Positions 38,057 through 48,030 are shown, counted from the stretch's first letter. The stretch: DNA of 48,030 bases from Desulfobaccales bacterium (GCA_041740935.1 JBGSLA010000091.1:1-48030), one strand, 5' to 3'. Program-made: numbers and translations. Notes: a model not told the origin generated them from the letters alone.

Positions 38057-39745
38057 TCATTCCTTGCATGACTGTTCCGCGGCCAATTGCTGGCGCACCT
38101 CCACCACCTGGCGGGCCGCCAGGTCCACTGCGGCCAGGTCGGTCCAGGGGCTGAGGATGAAGGATTTCAGCGCAGAGATGGGCGGGCCTGCCTCACCATC
38201 GTATTCGGCGTGGCGGTAGGCGTTGGTCCAGGACAACAGCACCCCCTGCCCCGCCATAGCCCGGTCGTGCACCCGCCGGAAGATGCGCCGGTTGTAATCG
38301 TTGTGGGCTTCGAGTTCCTCCCGGTAGGCGGGGTCGCTCACCTCCCGCTGAAAAGCCTCCTTGGCCGTCACCCCCTCGGGATACACCCGGAACAGGGTCA
38401 CGGGCCCGTAATTAAAATCGTTCAGCACCTCGATGCAGGGGTAGGCCTCCAGGCGCTCCCTGAGCATGGCGGCCATTTCCACCACATGGCCGATCAGGAC
38501 CCTAAAGCCCTGCTTGCCGAACAGGCGCATGTTGGCCAGAGCCGCCAGGGCGCCGCCCCCGGGCCGGGAGCACTCCAGGGTGTAGATGCCGGGGCGGTAC
38601 TGGCCGAACTGGTAGAGATAGGGCATCTCCTCGGGGTGCCGGGACAGGAGGGTCAGGTCCTGGCGCTCCTTGACCAGAAAGGTGCTGGAGATATACGGGG
38701 TGTAGCCGGTTTTGTGGAAGTCCACCCCCAGGGAATCGGCCCGCCCCAGGTGGGCCAGGCGTTTGACCGAGTCCTGCAGGGACCGCACGGTGCGGGCGTG
38801 AAAGCCCAGGGGGTTGGCCTCGAAGTCGTAGTCCCGGAATACCGACCAGATCCAGCCGATGACCGCGTCAGCGTGGATATGCGGCGGGGGCACCTGAAAT
38901 TCCTGGACAAGTTCCTCCCGCAGGCGCACGATGCCCGCCAAATCGTCGATGCCGAAGGCGTCGGTGGTCCCCTGGGTGGCGATGATCACCGCCACCTTCT
39001 CCCCGGCTGCATAGGCCCGGCGCAGATAGTCCTCCAGGTCGGTGAGGTCCATCTCGTTGTCCCGGGTGGTGGGGATGGCCACGAGGTTTCTGGTGCCCAG
39101 CCCCAGCCAGCCGGCGGCGTTTAAGCGGGCATAGTGGGAAGATTCGGAGGCCACCACCTTCAGGTCCTCCCTGAGCCCTTCGGTCATGCCCCGCCCCCCC
39201 AGATATTTTTCCAGGCCCAGTTTTACGCCGTAAAAGATGGTGCCGGTGCCGCTGAAAGTGAAGACCCCGCCGGCCCGCTGGGGGTCATAGCCCACCAGGT
39301 CGGCGAGCATGGCCACCGCCTGGATTTCCGCTTCGGCGAAGCGGGCGGCGTATTCGTCCCAGATGATGTTGGGATTGAGCAGGGCCGCAGCCATCACCGC
39401 AGTAATGCTGGGGATGGAGGCCGAGGGGATGACGTTCACCTGGGAATTGGGGTGGCCCCACACCGGCATGCCCCGGCAATAATCCACCAGCTCGGCGGTG
39501 ACCTCCTCCACGGACTGCATCTCTTCCGGAAAGCCCTCTTCCAGGTCCTGCTGATAGCGTCCCGGCCGGCCGCGCCCCAACACCGGCGCGGCGGATTTCA
39601 GATCGTCCACCCGGTCCAGAAAGCGGGACAGGGTGTGGACAAAATAGCCGTCCATGACAGGGTTGGAGATGGGGTGGGGGAAGCTGTTTTTCAACTGCTC
39701 CAGGATTTCCGAAAAGTGCAGCCGCTCCTGAAAATTACCGGGCAT
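38057..39745 (-). CDS. Group II PLP-dependent decarboxylase
   Basis: SHY, GTTDAFGIDD, HADA, SLGVDFHK (PLP lysine), TLECSR. Confidence 0.92.
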   Translation of the reverse strand: MPGNFQERLHFSEILEQLKNSFPHPISNPVMDGYFVHTLSRFLDRVDDLKSAAPVLGRGRPGRYQQDLEEGFPEEMQSVEEVTAELVDYCRGMPVWGHPNSQVNVIPSASIPSITAVMAAALLNPNIIWDEYAARFAEAEIQAVAMLADLVGYDPQRAGGVFTFSGTGTIFYGVKLGLEKYLGGRGMTEGLREDLKVVASESSHYARLNAAGWLGLGTRNLVAIPTTRDNEMDLTDLEDYLRRAYAAGEKVAVIIATQGTTDAFGIDDLAGIVRLREELVQEFQVPPPHIHADAVIGWIWSVFRDYDFEANPLGFHARTVRSLQDSVKRLAHLGRADSLGVDFHKTGYTPYISSTFLVKERQDLTLLSRHPEEMPYLYQFGQYRPGIYTLECSRPGGGALAALANMRLFGKQGFRVLIGHVVEMAAMLRERLEAYPCIEVLNDFNYGPVTLFRVYPEGVTAKEAFQREVSDPAYREELEAHNDYNRRIFRRVHDRAMAGQGVLLSWTNAYRHAEYDGEAGPPISALKSFILSPWTDLAAVDLAARQVVEVRQQLAAEQSCKE

Positions 39746-39828
39746 GGCGCCTTCTCCTTGTGGGTGGTCAATCCCTGGCTTGCTATGTATCGTGAAAAAC
39801 TCCCCTAAAAATTAATGCATTTGGGGAG

Positions 39829-40079
39829 CCAGTCTCTCATGAGCCTCTGGTTTTCTTAAAAATATGAAAAGCCCGGCGGCACAGGTGTCCTCACCTGTGC
39901 AGGCACAGGTTGAAAACCTGTGCCACCGGCGTAAGGAGTGCTGAGAGCCTCAAACTTTTCATAACAGTTGCTCATGAACCTTCGGCTCACCCGTAAATCA
40001 TGAAAAATGTGGCGCCGGCGCCTCGCCGGCGCAAGAACCGCCGAGGGCGGCGGTTCTACACCAACACTTTTTAGGACAG
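39829..40079 (-). mobile_element. Two tandem CTG-cassettes, minus strand (junction 39954-40006)
   Basis: Minus strand CTG-TCCTAAAAAGT [cargo] TTTTCATGATTTACGGGTGAGCCGAAGGTTCATGA-GCAA-CTG-TTATGAAAAGT [cargo] TTTTCATA...GGCTCATGA-GAGA-CTG. Confidence 0.8.
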
Positions 40080-40306
40080 ATGTAGCAAAGCTCTTCGGCA
40101 GTGTCAATGCAGGCGGAGCGTCCGCCGGGAATTTCGATTTTCGGACGCAAGGGCGCGCCAATTTTATCGAAACCCTGCCCTGACCCAAATCCCCCCAAAA
40201 AACATGCCGAAATCTAACCCAGACATAATCAAGGGCAAGGAAAACGGGTTTAAAGAAACATAATCAGAAAGGTTCTCAACATTATCTGCTTGGGTGAGGA
40301 GACGAC

Positions 40307-41032
40307 ATGCCGATCAGCGCCAAGCTGGGCCCGGAAATTGCAATGCCCTTCAGCCTCAACCCGGAGATGCTCCGGGATATCCTGCAGTTCGCCAAGCCCT
40401 TCGGGCACTATGAAAACCGCCAGAACCTGAACCTGGGTTTCGGGTTCATCTATTACGGGGTGGCCCGGGCCCTGCGGCCCAGGCATATCCTGGTCATCGG
40501 CTCGGGGTATGGCTTCAGCGTGGTCTGCCTGGCCCTGGCCCTCAAGGACAACGGCCAGGGACAGCTCACCTTCGTCGATCCGTCCTATTCGGTCTTCAAG
40601 GACGGCCTCTTCAAGACCGTGGGCGGCCGGGACCAATGGGGCGATGCCGAGGCGGTGACCACCCACTTCCGGCGCTTCGGGGTGGATGACATCATCAGCC
40701 ATTACAAGTTGCGCAGCGATGAGTTTTTCCCCCGATATGACGGCTTGTCGCTGCCGCCCCTCGACCTCGCCTTCATCGACGGCAGCCATGCGTATAAAGA
40801 TGTGCGCTACGATTTTACCCAGGTTATTCAGCAGGCCCGCAAAAACACGTACATTTTTCTCCACGACACCAACATTTACCTGCGGGAGCTGCTGCAACAC
40901 GCCGGAGTGAAGAAGTGGCTGAAATTTCTTTATAAAAATGACCAGGCCTTCGAGGTGGTGAACTTTCCCTTCTCCTCGGGGGTGGCCCTGGTGCGGGTCC
41001 TGGAGCCCAAGGCATGGCAACCCCAGGATTAG
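40307..41032 (+). CDS. Class I SAM-dependent methyltransferase (Methyltransf_24-like)
   Basis: LVIGSGYGFS, FVDP, DLAFIDGSHAY, FLHDT. Confidence 0.88.
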   Translation: MPISAKLGPEIAMPFSLNPEMLRDILQFAKPFGHYENRQNLNLGFGFIYYGVARALRPRHILVIGSGYGFSVVCLALALKDNGQGQLTFVDPSYSVFKDGLFKTVGGRDQWGDAEAVTTHFRRFGVDDIISHYKLRSDEFFPRYDGLSLPPLDLAFIDGSHAYKDVRYDFTQVIQQARKNTYIFLHDTNIYLRELLQHAGVKKWLKFLYKNDQAFEVVNFPFSSGVALVRVLEPKAWQPQD

Positions 41033-41712
41033 CCTGGCTTGCGGCCCTGCCGGTGTTGGGACTCGCGGGCTATGGGTTTTGGCGTTATATCTGGTTTTTT
41101 CGCAATCCCCCCCGCACCGCGCCGCCGGGGGACAACCTGGTGAGCCCGGCGGACGGCACCGTGGTCTATGTCAAAGAGGTGGAACCCCGACAACCGGTGA
41201 TCTCCATCAAGCAGGGGGTCAGGGCCTCCATCAACGACATCGTCCAGGAAGACCTGGAGCGGCCCCGCATCCTGGTGGGGGTGTTCATGAGCCCGTTTAA
41301 CGTCCATTACAACCGCGCCCCGGTCGCCGGGGCGGTGGATTTTATCCGCCACCATCCGCCCCGCCCGGTCAACCGCCACATGGGCCATATGCACTGGCGC
41401 TCGATCCTGAAGCGCCGGCCGATTTACCAAAACAGCATCCACATCCTGGAAAATGAACGCACGGTCACCAAATTTCGGGGATATTTCCGGGGAGAACAAG
41501 TTTCGGCCTATGTCGTCCAGATCGCCGGCAAAAGCGTGCACGGCATCGACAGTTACCTGAAGCCGGGCGCAGAGGTGGCCAAAGGGGAGCTCTTCGGCAT
41601 GATCCGCATCGGCTCCCAGGTGGACCTGGTGGTGACCCGCCTGCCTGACATGGAGGTGACAGTGCGACCCGGGGACAAGGTGCGGGCGGGGGAGAGCATC
41701 CTCATCGCCTGA
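41014..41712 (+). CDS. psd: Phosphatidylserine decarboxylase family proenzyme (short type)
   Basis: FFRNPPR, SPADG, FMSPFNVHYNRAP, NER, FGMIRIGSQVDL (GS cleavage site). Confidence 0.9.
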   Translation: MATPGLAWLAALPVLGLAGYGFWRYIWFFRNPPRTAPPGDNLVSPADGTVVYVKEVEPRQPVISIKQGVRASINDIVQEDLERPRILVGVFMSPFNVHYNRAPVAGAVDFIRHHPPRPVNRHMGHMHWRSILKRRPIYQNSIHILENERTVTKFRGYFRGEQVSAYVVQIAGKSVHGIDSYLKPGAEVAKGELFGMIRIGSQVDLVVTRLPDMEVTVRPGDKVRAGESILIA

Positions 41713-41754
41713 GGAGGCCTGCCCCGGGAAACCGCCGACAAGAGGACAGCACCG

Positions 41755-44157
41755 ATGAAAATCGATCTCCACGTTCACTCCAAGTATTCAAAGCGTCCTT
41801 CCCAGTGGGTGCTCCAGAAGCTGGGGTGTCATGAATGCTACACCGAACCCTCGCGGCTCTACGACATCGCCCTGAAGCGCGGCATGGAGTGGGTGACCAT
41901 CACCGACCACAACACCATCGCCGGCTGCCTGGACATCGCCCACCTGCCCAGGACCTTCATCAGCGAGGAAATCACCGCCTATTTCCCCGAGGACCACTGT
42001 AAAATCCATATCCTGGCCTACTGCATCACCGAGGCCCAGCACCGGGACATCCAGAAGTATCGGGAAAATATTTATGAACTGGTGGATTATCTGCGCCAGG
42101 AGGGCATACCCTTTGCTGTGGCCCATCCCCTGTGGTCAGTGAACGGCCGGCTGAGTGTGGCCCATTTTGAAAAGCTGCTCCTGCTGTCCAAAAATTTCGA
42201 AATTAACGGCAGCCGGGACGACCGCCTGAACGTCTATCTCAAGGGCATTTTCGAGGGCCTCACCCCCGAATTCCTGGATCTGCTGGCCGAGAAACACCAT
42301 CTCTATCCGGTGATGCCGGAGCCCTGGATCAAGCATTACACCGGCGGCTCCGACGACCACAGCTCCCTGAACATCGCCCGGCTGCACACCCAGGTGGCCG
42401 GCGCCGCCAGCCCCGAGGAATTTTTCGCAGGGTTGGCCCAGGGCCGCACCCGGGTGCGGGGCCAGGCCTCCACGCCCCTGACCCTGTCCCACACCATCTA
42501 CAGCATCGCCTATCAGTTCTACCGCAGCCGCTACCAACTGGAGCGCTATGACGCAGAGCCCCTGGTGGGCTTTTTGAATCGGGCCCTGCTGGAGGAGGCC
42601 CCCAAACGGAAGTCCTTCTTCCGCCGCCTCTCCCTGCCTCGCCTGGCCGCCAAGGACAGACCATCCGCCCGGCAAAGCACCCTGCTCCAGGCCGTCAAAC
42701 AGGAGGTCCTGGGCTTCATTGCCGAAGACCCAGAGCTGCGGCAGATGATCAAGGCCATGCAGGGCGGCTCCGGGGACATGGAACAGCGATGGTTCGCGCT
42801 CATGGGCCGCATGGCCAATCAGTACCTGTCCCGCTGCACCCGGAATATCCTCGAGGGGGTGTTGCGGGCCAATATCTTTGACCTGTTCCATTCCCTGACG
42901 GCCTCCGGCTCCATGTACCTCCTGGTGGCCCCGTATTTTGCGGCCTATTCCTCCTTTGCCGGGGACCGGACCCTGGGGCGCACCATAGCCGGCCACTTCG
43001 CGGCGGAGACCGACCAGCCCCGGAGCGCCGCCGCCCCCGCGGTGGCCCACTTCACCGACACCTTCATGGAAATCAACGGGGTGGCCCTCACCCTGAAAAA
43101 GCAGGTGGAGGAAGCGGTGCGCCACGGCAAGGCCTACACCGTGGTGAGCTGCGACCCGGAGGGGCGGGACCTGGGGCCGGGGGTGAAAAATTTCCCGCCC
43201 CTGGCTACGCTCGAGCTGCCCGAATACCCGGAAATGAAGCTTTTTCACCCGCCCTTTCTGGAAATGCTGCATTTCTGCTATCATGAAGACTTGACCCATC
43301 TGCACGCCGCCACTCCGGGGCCCATGGGCCTGGCGGCCCTGGCCGCGGCCCGCCTCTTGAAGCTGCCCCTGTTCGCCACTTACCACACGGCCATCCCCCA
43401 ATACGCCGAACACCTCACCGGGGACGCCGGGCTGGTGGATTTCTTGTGGAAATATCTCCTGTGGTTTTACGAACAGGCCGACTGCGTCTTTGTGCCCTCC
43501 CAGAGCACCGCGGCGGAGCTGGCGGCAAAGGGGCTCAGGCCGGACAAACTGCGCCTCACCCCCCGGGGAGTGGACCTGAAGCGCTTCCACCCCGCCAAAC
43601 GCAACGGCTTTCTGGAAAGGCGCCACCACCTCACCCGGGGCTTCAAGCTGCTCTATGTGGGGCGGGTGTCCAAAGAGAAAAATCTGCCACTGCTGACCCG
43701 CACCTTCAAAAACCTTTGCCGGCAACGCCCCGACCTGAACCTCATCGTGGTGGGCGACGGGCCGTATTATGAAGAAATGCAGCGGGAGCTTCAGGGCGCG
43801 CCCGCGGTGTTCACCGGCTACCTCACCGGGGACGACCTGGCCGCGGTGTACGCCTCCTGCGACCTGTTTTTGTTCCCCAGCACCACCGACACCTTCGGGA
43901 ATGTGGTCCTGGAGGCCCAGGCTTCCGGCATCCCGGTGATTGTCAGCGATATGGGGGGCCCCCATGAAAATGTCATTTCCGGGGAGACCGGCTTGGTGGT
44001 GCCGGCCACTGAGGACAGCCTGATCCGGGCTGTGTTGGAATTGGCCGCGGACCCCCTGCGCCTCCGGGAAATGGGCCGGGCCGCCCGGCGCTACGTGGAA
44101 AGCCGGGCTTTCTCCGACGCCTTTTTGGCCACCTGGGAGATGTACGGGGCCGCCTGA
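41755..44157 (+). CDS. PHP-domain / GT4 glycosyltransferase fusion
   Basis: DLHVHS, TDHN, GGSDDH (PHP); NGVA, YVGRVSKEKN, DTFGNVVLEAQASG (GT4). Confidence 0.93.
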   Translation: MKIDLHVHSKYSKRPSQWVLQKLGCHECYTEPSRLYDIALKRGMEWVTITDHNTIAGCLDIAHLPRTFISEEITAYFPEDHCKIHILAYCITEAQHRDIQKYRENIYELVDYLRQEGIPFAVAHPLWSVNGRLSVAHFEKLLLLSKNFEINGSRDDRLNVYLKGIFEGLTPEFLDLLAEKHHLYPVMPEPWIKHYTGGSDDHSSLNIARLHTQVAGAASPEEFFAGLAQGRTRVRGQASTPLTLSHTIYSIAYQFYRSRYQLERYDAEPLVGFLNRALLEEAPKRKSFFRRLSLPRLAAKDRPSARQSTLLQAVKQEVLGFIAEDPELRQMIKAMQGGSGDMEQRWFALMGRMANQYLSRCTRNILEGVLRANIFDLFHSLTASGSMYLLVAPYFAAYSSFAGDRTLGRTIAGHFAAETDQPRSAAAPAVAHFTDTFMEINGVALTLKKQVEEAVRHGKAYTVVSCDPEGRDLGPGVKNFPPLATLELPEYPEMKLFHPPFLEMLHFCYHEDLTHLHAATPGPMGLAALAAARLLKLPLFATYHTAIPQYAEHLTGDAGLVDFLWKYLLWFYEQADCVFVPSQSTAAELAAKGLRPDKLRLTPRGVDLKRFHPAKRNGFLERRHHLTRGFKLLYVGRVSKEKNLPLLTRTFKNLCRQRPDLNLIVVGDGPYYEEMQRELQGAPAVFTGYLTGDDLAAVYASCDLFLFPSTTDTFGNVVLEAQASGIPVIVSDMGGPHENVISGETGLVVPATEDSLIRAVLELAADPLRLREMGRAARRYVESRAFSDAFLATWEMYGAA

Positions 44158-44459
44158 GAAATTTGTCACGCCAAGGCGCTAAGACGCCAAGGTACGTCAG
44201 GGTGGTAAATCAAGGGAGGTTTCGGATGATTCCGTTATTTCATGGGCAGGGAAACCCGGCGGCTCCAGGCGGGATGAATCCGGGATTCACTTGTTAGGAC
44301 GATCGCAGGCTACCGTCAAAAGAAGGCCCTGGCGGCGGCCGGTCTGGGGGCTGAGACCGGGAGGCGGGGCGTAATTTTTCTGGCCCACCAGGGCCGCAGA
44401 GGCCGAGGTTTCCGGTTTTTTTCAGTTGCCAAGCCTCTGGAAAAATTTCTGTAAAACAA

Positions 44460-44590
44460 GAGGCTCTGGAAAAAATAATTGATTTTGTTATCCTGAACCA
44501 AGTGAAACATCTCAACCTGTTGAAAATACGAGATTCTTCGCTTCGTTCAGAATGACATTCTCTCCAACCAGTGAATTTGGCAAGAGGCTC
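44460..44590 (-). mobile_element. MITE with GAGCCTCTTGC-type ends, copy 3
   Basis: Reverse complement aligns end to end with 24517-24641; a truncated extra end pair lies at 44431-44466. Confidence 0.85.
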
Positions 44591-44621
44591 GAAAAGCGAA
44601 AACGAAATTGTGACCCCTGTT

Positions 44622-45623
44622 TCACCCTGCCCCTTTCCCCTGACAAAAAGCCACAAAGCGCCTCAGGCAGACCGGGTCATAGCCGCCCTGAGCGGCCCAG
44701 GCGGTGGACATCAGACGCAGGGCCTGGCGCTCGCTCACCGGCGGCCGCCAGGGGCGCAGGGAGGTCATGGCTTCATAGCTGTCCAGGATGCGCAACATCC
44801 GGGCCAAGGGGTGGATGTCGTCCCCGGCCAGCCCCTGAGGGTAGCCGGAGCCGTTGAGATTCTCATGATGCTGCCTGATCATCAGCAGCACTTCTTCCGG
44901 GAGCCCGGCCCAGGATTCCAGGAGTTCGGCCCCCCGCAGGGGGTGGCCCTTGATTTCCTCCCAGTCCTCATCGCTTAAGGGCGTGGTTTGATGGTAGGTC
45001 TCCTGGGCCCAGGGCATCATGCCCAGGTCGTGAAAGAGCGCGCCCAGGGCCAGGCTCTCCCGCGGTTCCCCTGCAAAACCCTGGCTCGGCGCAAACGCCA
45101 GGGTTAACAGGCAGACATTGAGGCAATGGCTGAAGAGGCCGGAATCGTGCCGCCTAAGCCCCCTGGCCGCGGCCAGGGCATTCCCTGAGGAGTCCAAGCC
45201 GGCGGCCAGGAAGGCGATGAGCCGGCGGGCTCCGGCCAGGCTATCCGGGTTCCGGGCGGTTTCGTGGCAGAAGAAATGCTGGGTAAAAACCAGGAGGGTG
45301 TCGCCCAGGAGCCGGAGGGACGCCGGGGAATCCCCGCCGGGGCCGGTTTCCTTCAGGCGGGACAGCAGGTGGTTCAACACCTCTCCGGCCTCGGCCACCG
45401 CGAAGTGGCCCCAGATTAAATCCCGGACCTGGGGCGGGAAAAGGTGCCCCCGCCGCCAGGTGAGGACAAATTCCCCCGGCACGCCTTCCGAGGCGGTGAA
45501 AATGTGAAAGGGCAGGGGTTTCTTCGGCGTCAGGTAGGCCAACCTCAGGGGGGCCAGGCCCTCTCCGCCTCCGAAAAGCACCACCTCCTCCGGGTCATCA
45601 ACCATCGTCGGCAATATCTGCAT
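44622..45623 (-). CDS. HD-GYP domain protein (putative cyclic dinucleotide phosphodiesterase)
   Basis: HCLNV, FHDLG, HHENLNGSGYP, DSYEAMTSLRPWR; ATG 45623 after AAGGAGG. Confidence 0.92.
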   Translation of the reverse strand: MQILPTMVDDPEEVVLFGGGEGLAPLRLAYLTPKKPLPFHIFTASEGVPGEFVLTWRRGHLFPPQVRDLIWGHFAVAEAGEVLNHLLSRLKETGPGGDSPASLRLLGDTLLVFTQHFFCHETARNPDSLAGARRLIAFLAAGLDSSGNALAAARGLRRHDSGLFSHCLNVCLLTLAFAPSQGFAGEPRESLALGALFHDLGMMPWAQETYHQTTPLSDEDWEEIKGHPLRGAELLESWAGLPEEVLLMIRQHHENLNGSGYPQGLAGDDIHPLARMLRILDSYEAMTSLRPWRPPVSERQALRLMSTAWAAQGGYDPVCLRRFVAFCQGKGAG

Positions 45624-45652
45624 GTCGGCCTCCTTGTGTTTCACTGCCTCAC

Positions 45653-45695
45653 AAAAAAAGGGAAGGGAGAAGCCGGCCTGCCTTCCTCCCTTCCC
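45653..45695 (-). terminator. Intrinsic terminator between the FlhG-like ATPase and HD-GYP genes
   Basis: Minus strand GGGAAGGGAG...CTCCCTTCCC 10-bp stem followed by U7. Confidence 0.75.
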
Positions 45696-45869
45696 TCAAG
45701 GACGGCGGATTGCCCTCCTCATGCCAAGTCGCAGTCAAACCGCGGCACAGGCTTGCCCGTCTGTGCGGGCGCAGGATAGAACCTGCGGCTGCAAAACCTT
45801 GGACCTTGAAGGCAGCCTGGCGTCAAGCACCCTTGCCCATCCCGTATCGGCAGGGGCGCCGGCTGAGCC

Positions 45870-46883
45870 TTACGCCGGGGCTCGCTGCCAGAAGCGGTCC
45901 CAATCTTCCCGTTCCAGGCCCTCGGAAGCCGGCTGGACCGCGTCCTGAGGCTCCCCGACGGGTTGGCAGGAGAGTTCCAGCACTTTCTGGGCAATAACTC
46001 GCAGATCCCGGGCCGGTTTGCATTCGTCCTTATCCAGGGGAAAGGGGATCATCAGGTTCACCGCGGCTTCCACTGCCAGGTCATGGGAAATATGGCCCAG
46101 AATTTCGGGCTGCAGGGCCAGGTATTTAGAGGCCACCTCCCGGATAATGAGTCCCGACAGGGTATCCCGTTCGCTTTTCACCATATTGACCACCAAAAGG
46201 ATCTGGTAATCCTCCAGGAGCCGGTGCATCCGGGCGTATGACTGGGGGGCCGTGTCCCTGAGGCGGTCGAGAAGGTCTCTGATGGAAGCGACGTCGGCCT
46301 CCGGTCCTTTGTTGTCGGTTTCCCACAACAAATCAAGGACTTCCTCGTCCTTGGCGAATTCCCGGGAGATTTGCCGGTACAGGGCGCTTTTGATGAAGCC
46401 GTAGCCGTTTTGCAGGGAGGTGGCCTGACTGGTGAGGAGGCAGATTTTTCCCAGGGAATAATTGAAGAAATCCAGGGTGTTGAACGAGGTGCCGGCCCCC
46501 AGGTCCAACAGCACCATATCGGCTTCCAGTTCCTCTAGCTGGCTGAGGATGCGGATTTTTTGGGCATAGGTGGGGTTGGCTGCGCCGAGGATGTCGTCCG
46601 CGCCGCAGATCAGACCGATGCCCTTGACGCCGGTCTCGATGATGATATCTTCCAGGCGGGTCACCTTTCTCAGGAGGAAGTCCTCCAGGGTCTGGGACGG
46701 GTAGCGGACCCCCATCAGGGTATGCAGGTTGGCCCCGCCCAGGTCGGCGTCCACCACGACGATCTTGTATCCCAGACGGGCCAGCGAGATGCCCAGCCCC
46801 AAGGTGAAGATGCTTTTGCCGATCCCCCCTTTGCCGCCGCCGATGCTCCATAATTTTTTCTTGATAGTGGTGTTCATCTTCAT
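45870..46883 (-). CDS. MinD/FlhG(FleN)-like ATPase
   Basis: GGGKGGIGKS deviant Walker A, DADLGGANLH, LDLGAG, VVNM. Confidence 0.92.
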   Translation of the reverse strand: MKMNTTIKKKLWSIGGGKGGIGKSIFTLGLGISLARLGYKIVVVDADLGGANLHTLMGVRYPSQTLEDFLLRKVTRLEDIIIETGVKGIGLICGADDILGAANPTYAQKIRILSQLEELEADMVLLDLGAGTSFNTLDFFNYSLGKICLLTSQATSLQNGYGFIKSALYRQISREFAKDEEVLDLLWETDNKGPEADVASIRDLLDRLRDTAPQSYARMHRLLEDYQILLVVNMVKSERDTLSGLIIREVASKYLALQPEILGHISHDLAVEAAVNLMIPFPLDKDECKPARDLRVIAQKVLELSCQPVGEPQDAVQPASEGLEREDWDRFWQRAPA

Positions 46884-46916
46884 CTCCTGTGAGATTGATT
46901 GGTGAACGGCGTCCGG

Positions 46917-47618
46917 TCACCCCTGAGACCGGGGGGGTCGGTGCATCAGGGACCACACACTTTTGCCGACGATGGTCAGACTGCCGTAGGCGGCCAAAAT
47001 GACGCCGAACAGGCGATAGGAATCAGGCGCCAGCAAGTGAACCGCCAAGCCCGCCGCCACGGCGCCCACCCCCACAAAATAGATGGTATGGTCCGGGGTG
47101 GATTGAGGGTTGGCGGCCGGGGTCTGTTTCCGGGGGGAAAAGATGGGTTCCACCGGCGAGGTCTGGGTTTTTTTGCCGGGACCCGCCTGAGTTGGGGCCA
47201 AGAGCTCGTGTTCTTCGTGGACTGCGTCCCAATGGTCCCAGAGGTTTTTGAGATCCTGGGGATAGGCTCGCAGCTGCTCCTCCAGGGCGCGTCGCACCTT
47301 CAGGTTGGAGCTGCTCAGCTCCAGACCGAACACCATCTCGGGTTCCTCATCGTCCCGGGGACGGGCCCACAAAAGGTTGCCGCGGATTTCCCGGACCTCC
47401 CCGGTGGGCAGGTGAATGATGGAATCCCGGCTGGCAACCTGCTCCCAATTCAGTTCCTGGGGGGCCTGACCGCTGGCCAGGATCACCCCGCGGGCCGACA
47501 GGCTCTTGATCCTGACCGGGAACTGTTGGGAGGGTTCACCCCCCTGGAAGATTTCCAGGGTGAGGGGGAGGGGCGCGTCGGGCCTCCTGTGCTCGCTTGT
47601 CGGACTTGCCGTTACCAT
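46917..47618 (-). CDS. Membrane protein with a possible degenerate PilZ-like domain
   Basis: HRR...SLSARGV...GNLLWAR...FGLEL beta-rich pattern; two C-terminal TM helices; start 47618 or 47627. Confidence 0.65.
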   Translation of the reverse strand: MVTASPTSEHRRPDAPLPLTLEIFQGGEPSQQFPVRIKSLSARGVILASGQAPQELNWEQVASRDSIIHLPTGEVREIRGNLLWARPRDDEEPEMVFGLELSSSNLKVRRALEEQLRAYPQDLKNLWDHWDAVHEEHELLAPTQAGPGKKTQTSPVEPIFSPRKQTPAANPQSTPDHTIYFVGVGAVAAGLAVHLLAPDSYRLFGVILAAYGSLTIVGKSVWSLMHRPPRSQG

Positions 47619-48028
47619 ACTCGCCACCCTTTCTTCCCATTTTTAGAGCTCAGTTGCCGGAAGAAATCCAACTCCCGGGCCCACTGGGCCTCGATTTTAT
47701 CCCGCAGCTGCTTGTTTTCCCGGCCCTGCCCTTTCAGGAAATCCTGCCAGGCCCCGAGCTTGCCCAGCTCATAGATCATGGCCTCGTAACGTCGCCGGTC
47801 CACCACCAGGTGGTCCCGGCCCAGGCGGAAGAGCTCGGACCAGGAATCGAAATAGTCTTCTTTATCCGGTTGTGTCTGACGCTGATAGCCGGCGCCATTG
47901 ACCGGATGCCGCCCGTTGTCGGGCAGCTGCACCCCGGCCGCCGGCTCTCCGGGGGGAGCGCTGGGGTAGCCGGCCACCGGGGGCCATTGGCCGTCGGCGA
48001 TTCCCGGGTCGGACCCCGTCTCCGGGAT
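47612..48028 (-). CDS. Hypothetical protein, probably 5'-truncated by the window edge
   Basis: Frame is open to the window end; C-terminal coiled-coil-like YEAMIYELGKL...ENKQLRDKIE; stop overlaps the next start. Confidence 0.6.
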   Translation of the reverse strand: MPETGSDPGIADGQWPPVAGYPSAPPGEPAAGVQLPDNGRHPVNGAGYQRQTQPDKEDYFDSWSELFRLGRDHLVVDRRRYEAMIYELGKLGAWQDFLKGQGRENKQLRDKIEAQWARELDFFRQLSSKNGKKGWRVW

Positions 48029-48030
48029 CC

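Noticed and set aside
42136-44169. Long antisense or alternate-frame ORFs (e.g. 677 aa here, 473 aa at 4561-5982)
   Set aside because: Shadow ORFs of high-GC genes; they overlap well-supported CDSs and lack motifs

Overview
GC-rich bacterial chromosomal window; gene content and style suggest a Desulfobacterota (delta-proteobacterial) anaerobe, which is an inference. It is mostly housekeeping: panC-panD, metK-ahcY-phosphohexomutase-M50 protease, a kinase/receiver pair, tilS, a B12 radical SAM enzyme, tadE/tadG-like genes under a c-di-GMP-I riboswitch, a DD-carboxypeptidase, PBP1A, a two-subunit fumarase, larB, hpnI, cdd, comM/yifB, a PLP decarboxylase, a methyltransferase-psd-PHP/GT4 operon, HD-GYP and a FlhG-like ATPase. 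Two things stand out. (1) An orphan qatB-qatC pair (MGTS N-terminus plus QueC-like enzyme) sits among core genes without qatA or qatD. (2) Eight intergenic loci share a cassette grammar, CTG-TYMTGAAAAG [variable REP-palindrome cargo] TTTTCAT-hairpin-CATGA-N4-CTG, often in tandem, which looks like a non-autonomous, recombinase-mobilised element. A second MITE family (GAGCCTCTTGC ends), a pan-type attenuator leader and several 7-mer tandem repeats are also present. No tRNA, rRNA, CRISPR array, transposase or integrase gene was seen. All protein calls come from motif recognition by eye; no database searches were run.
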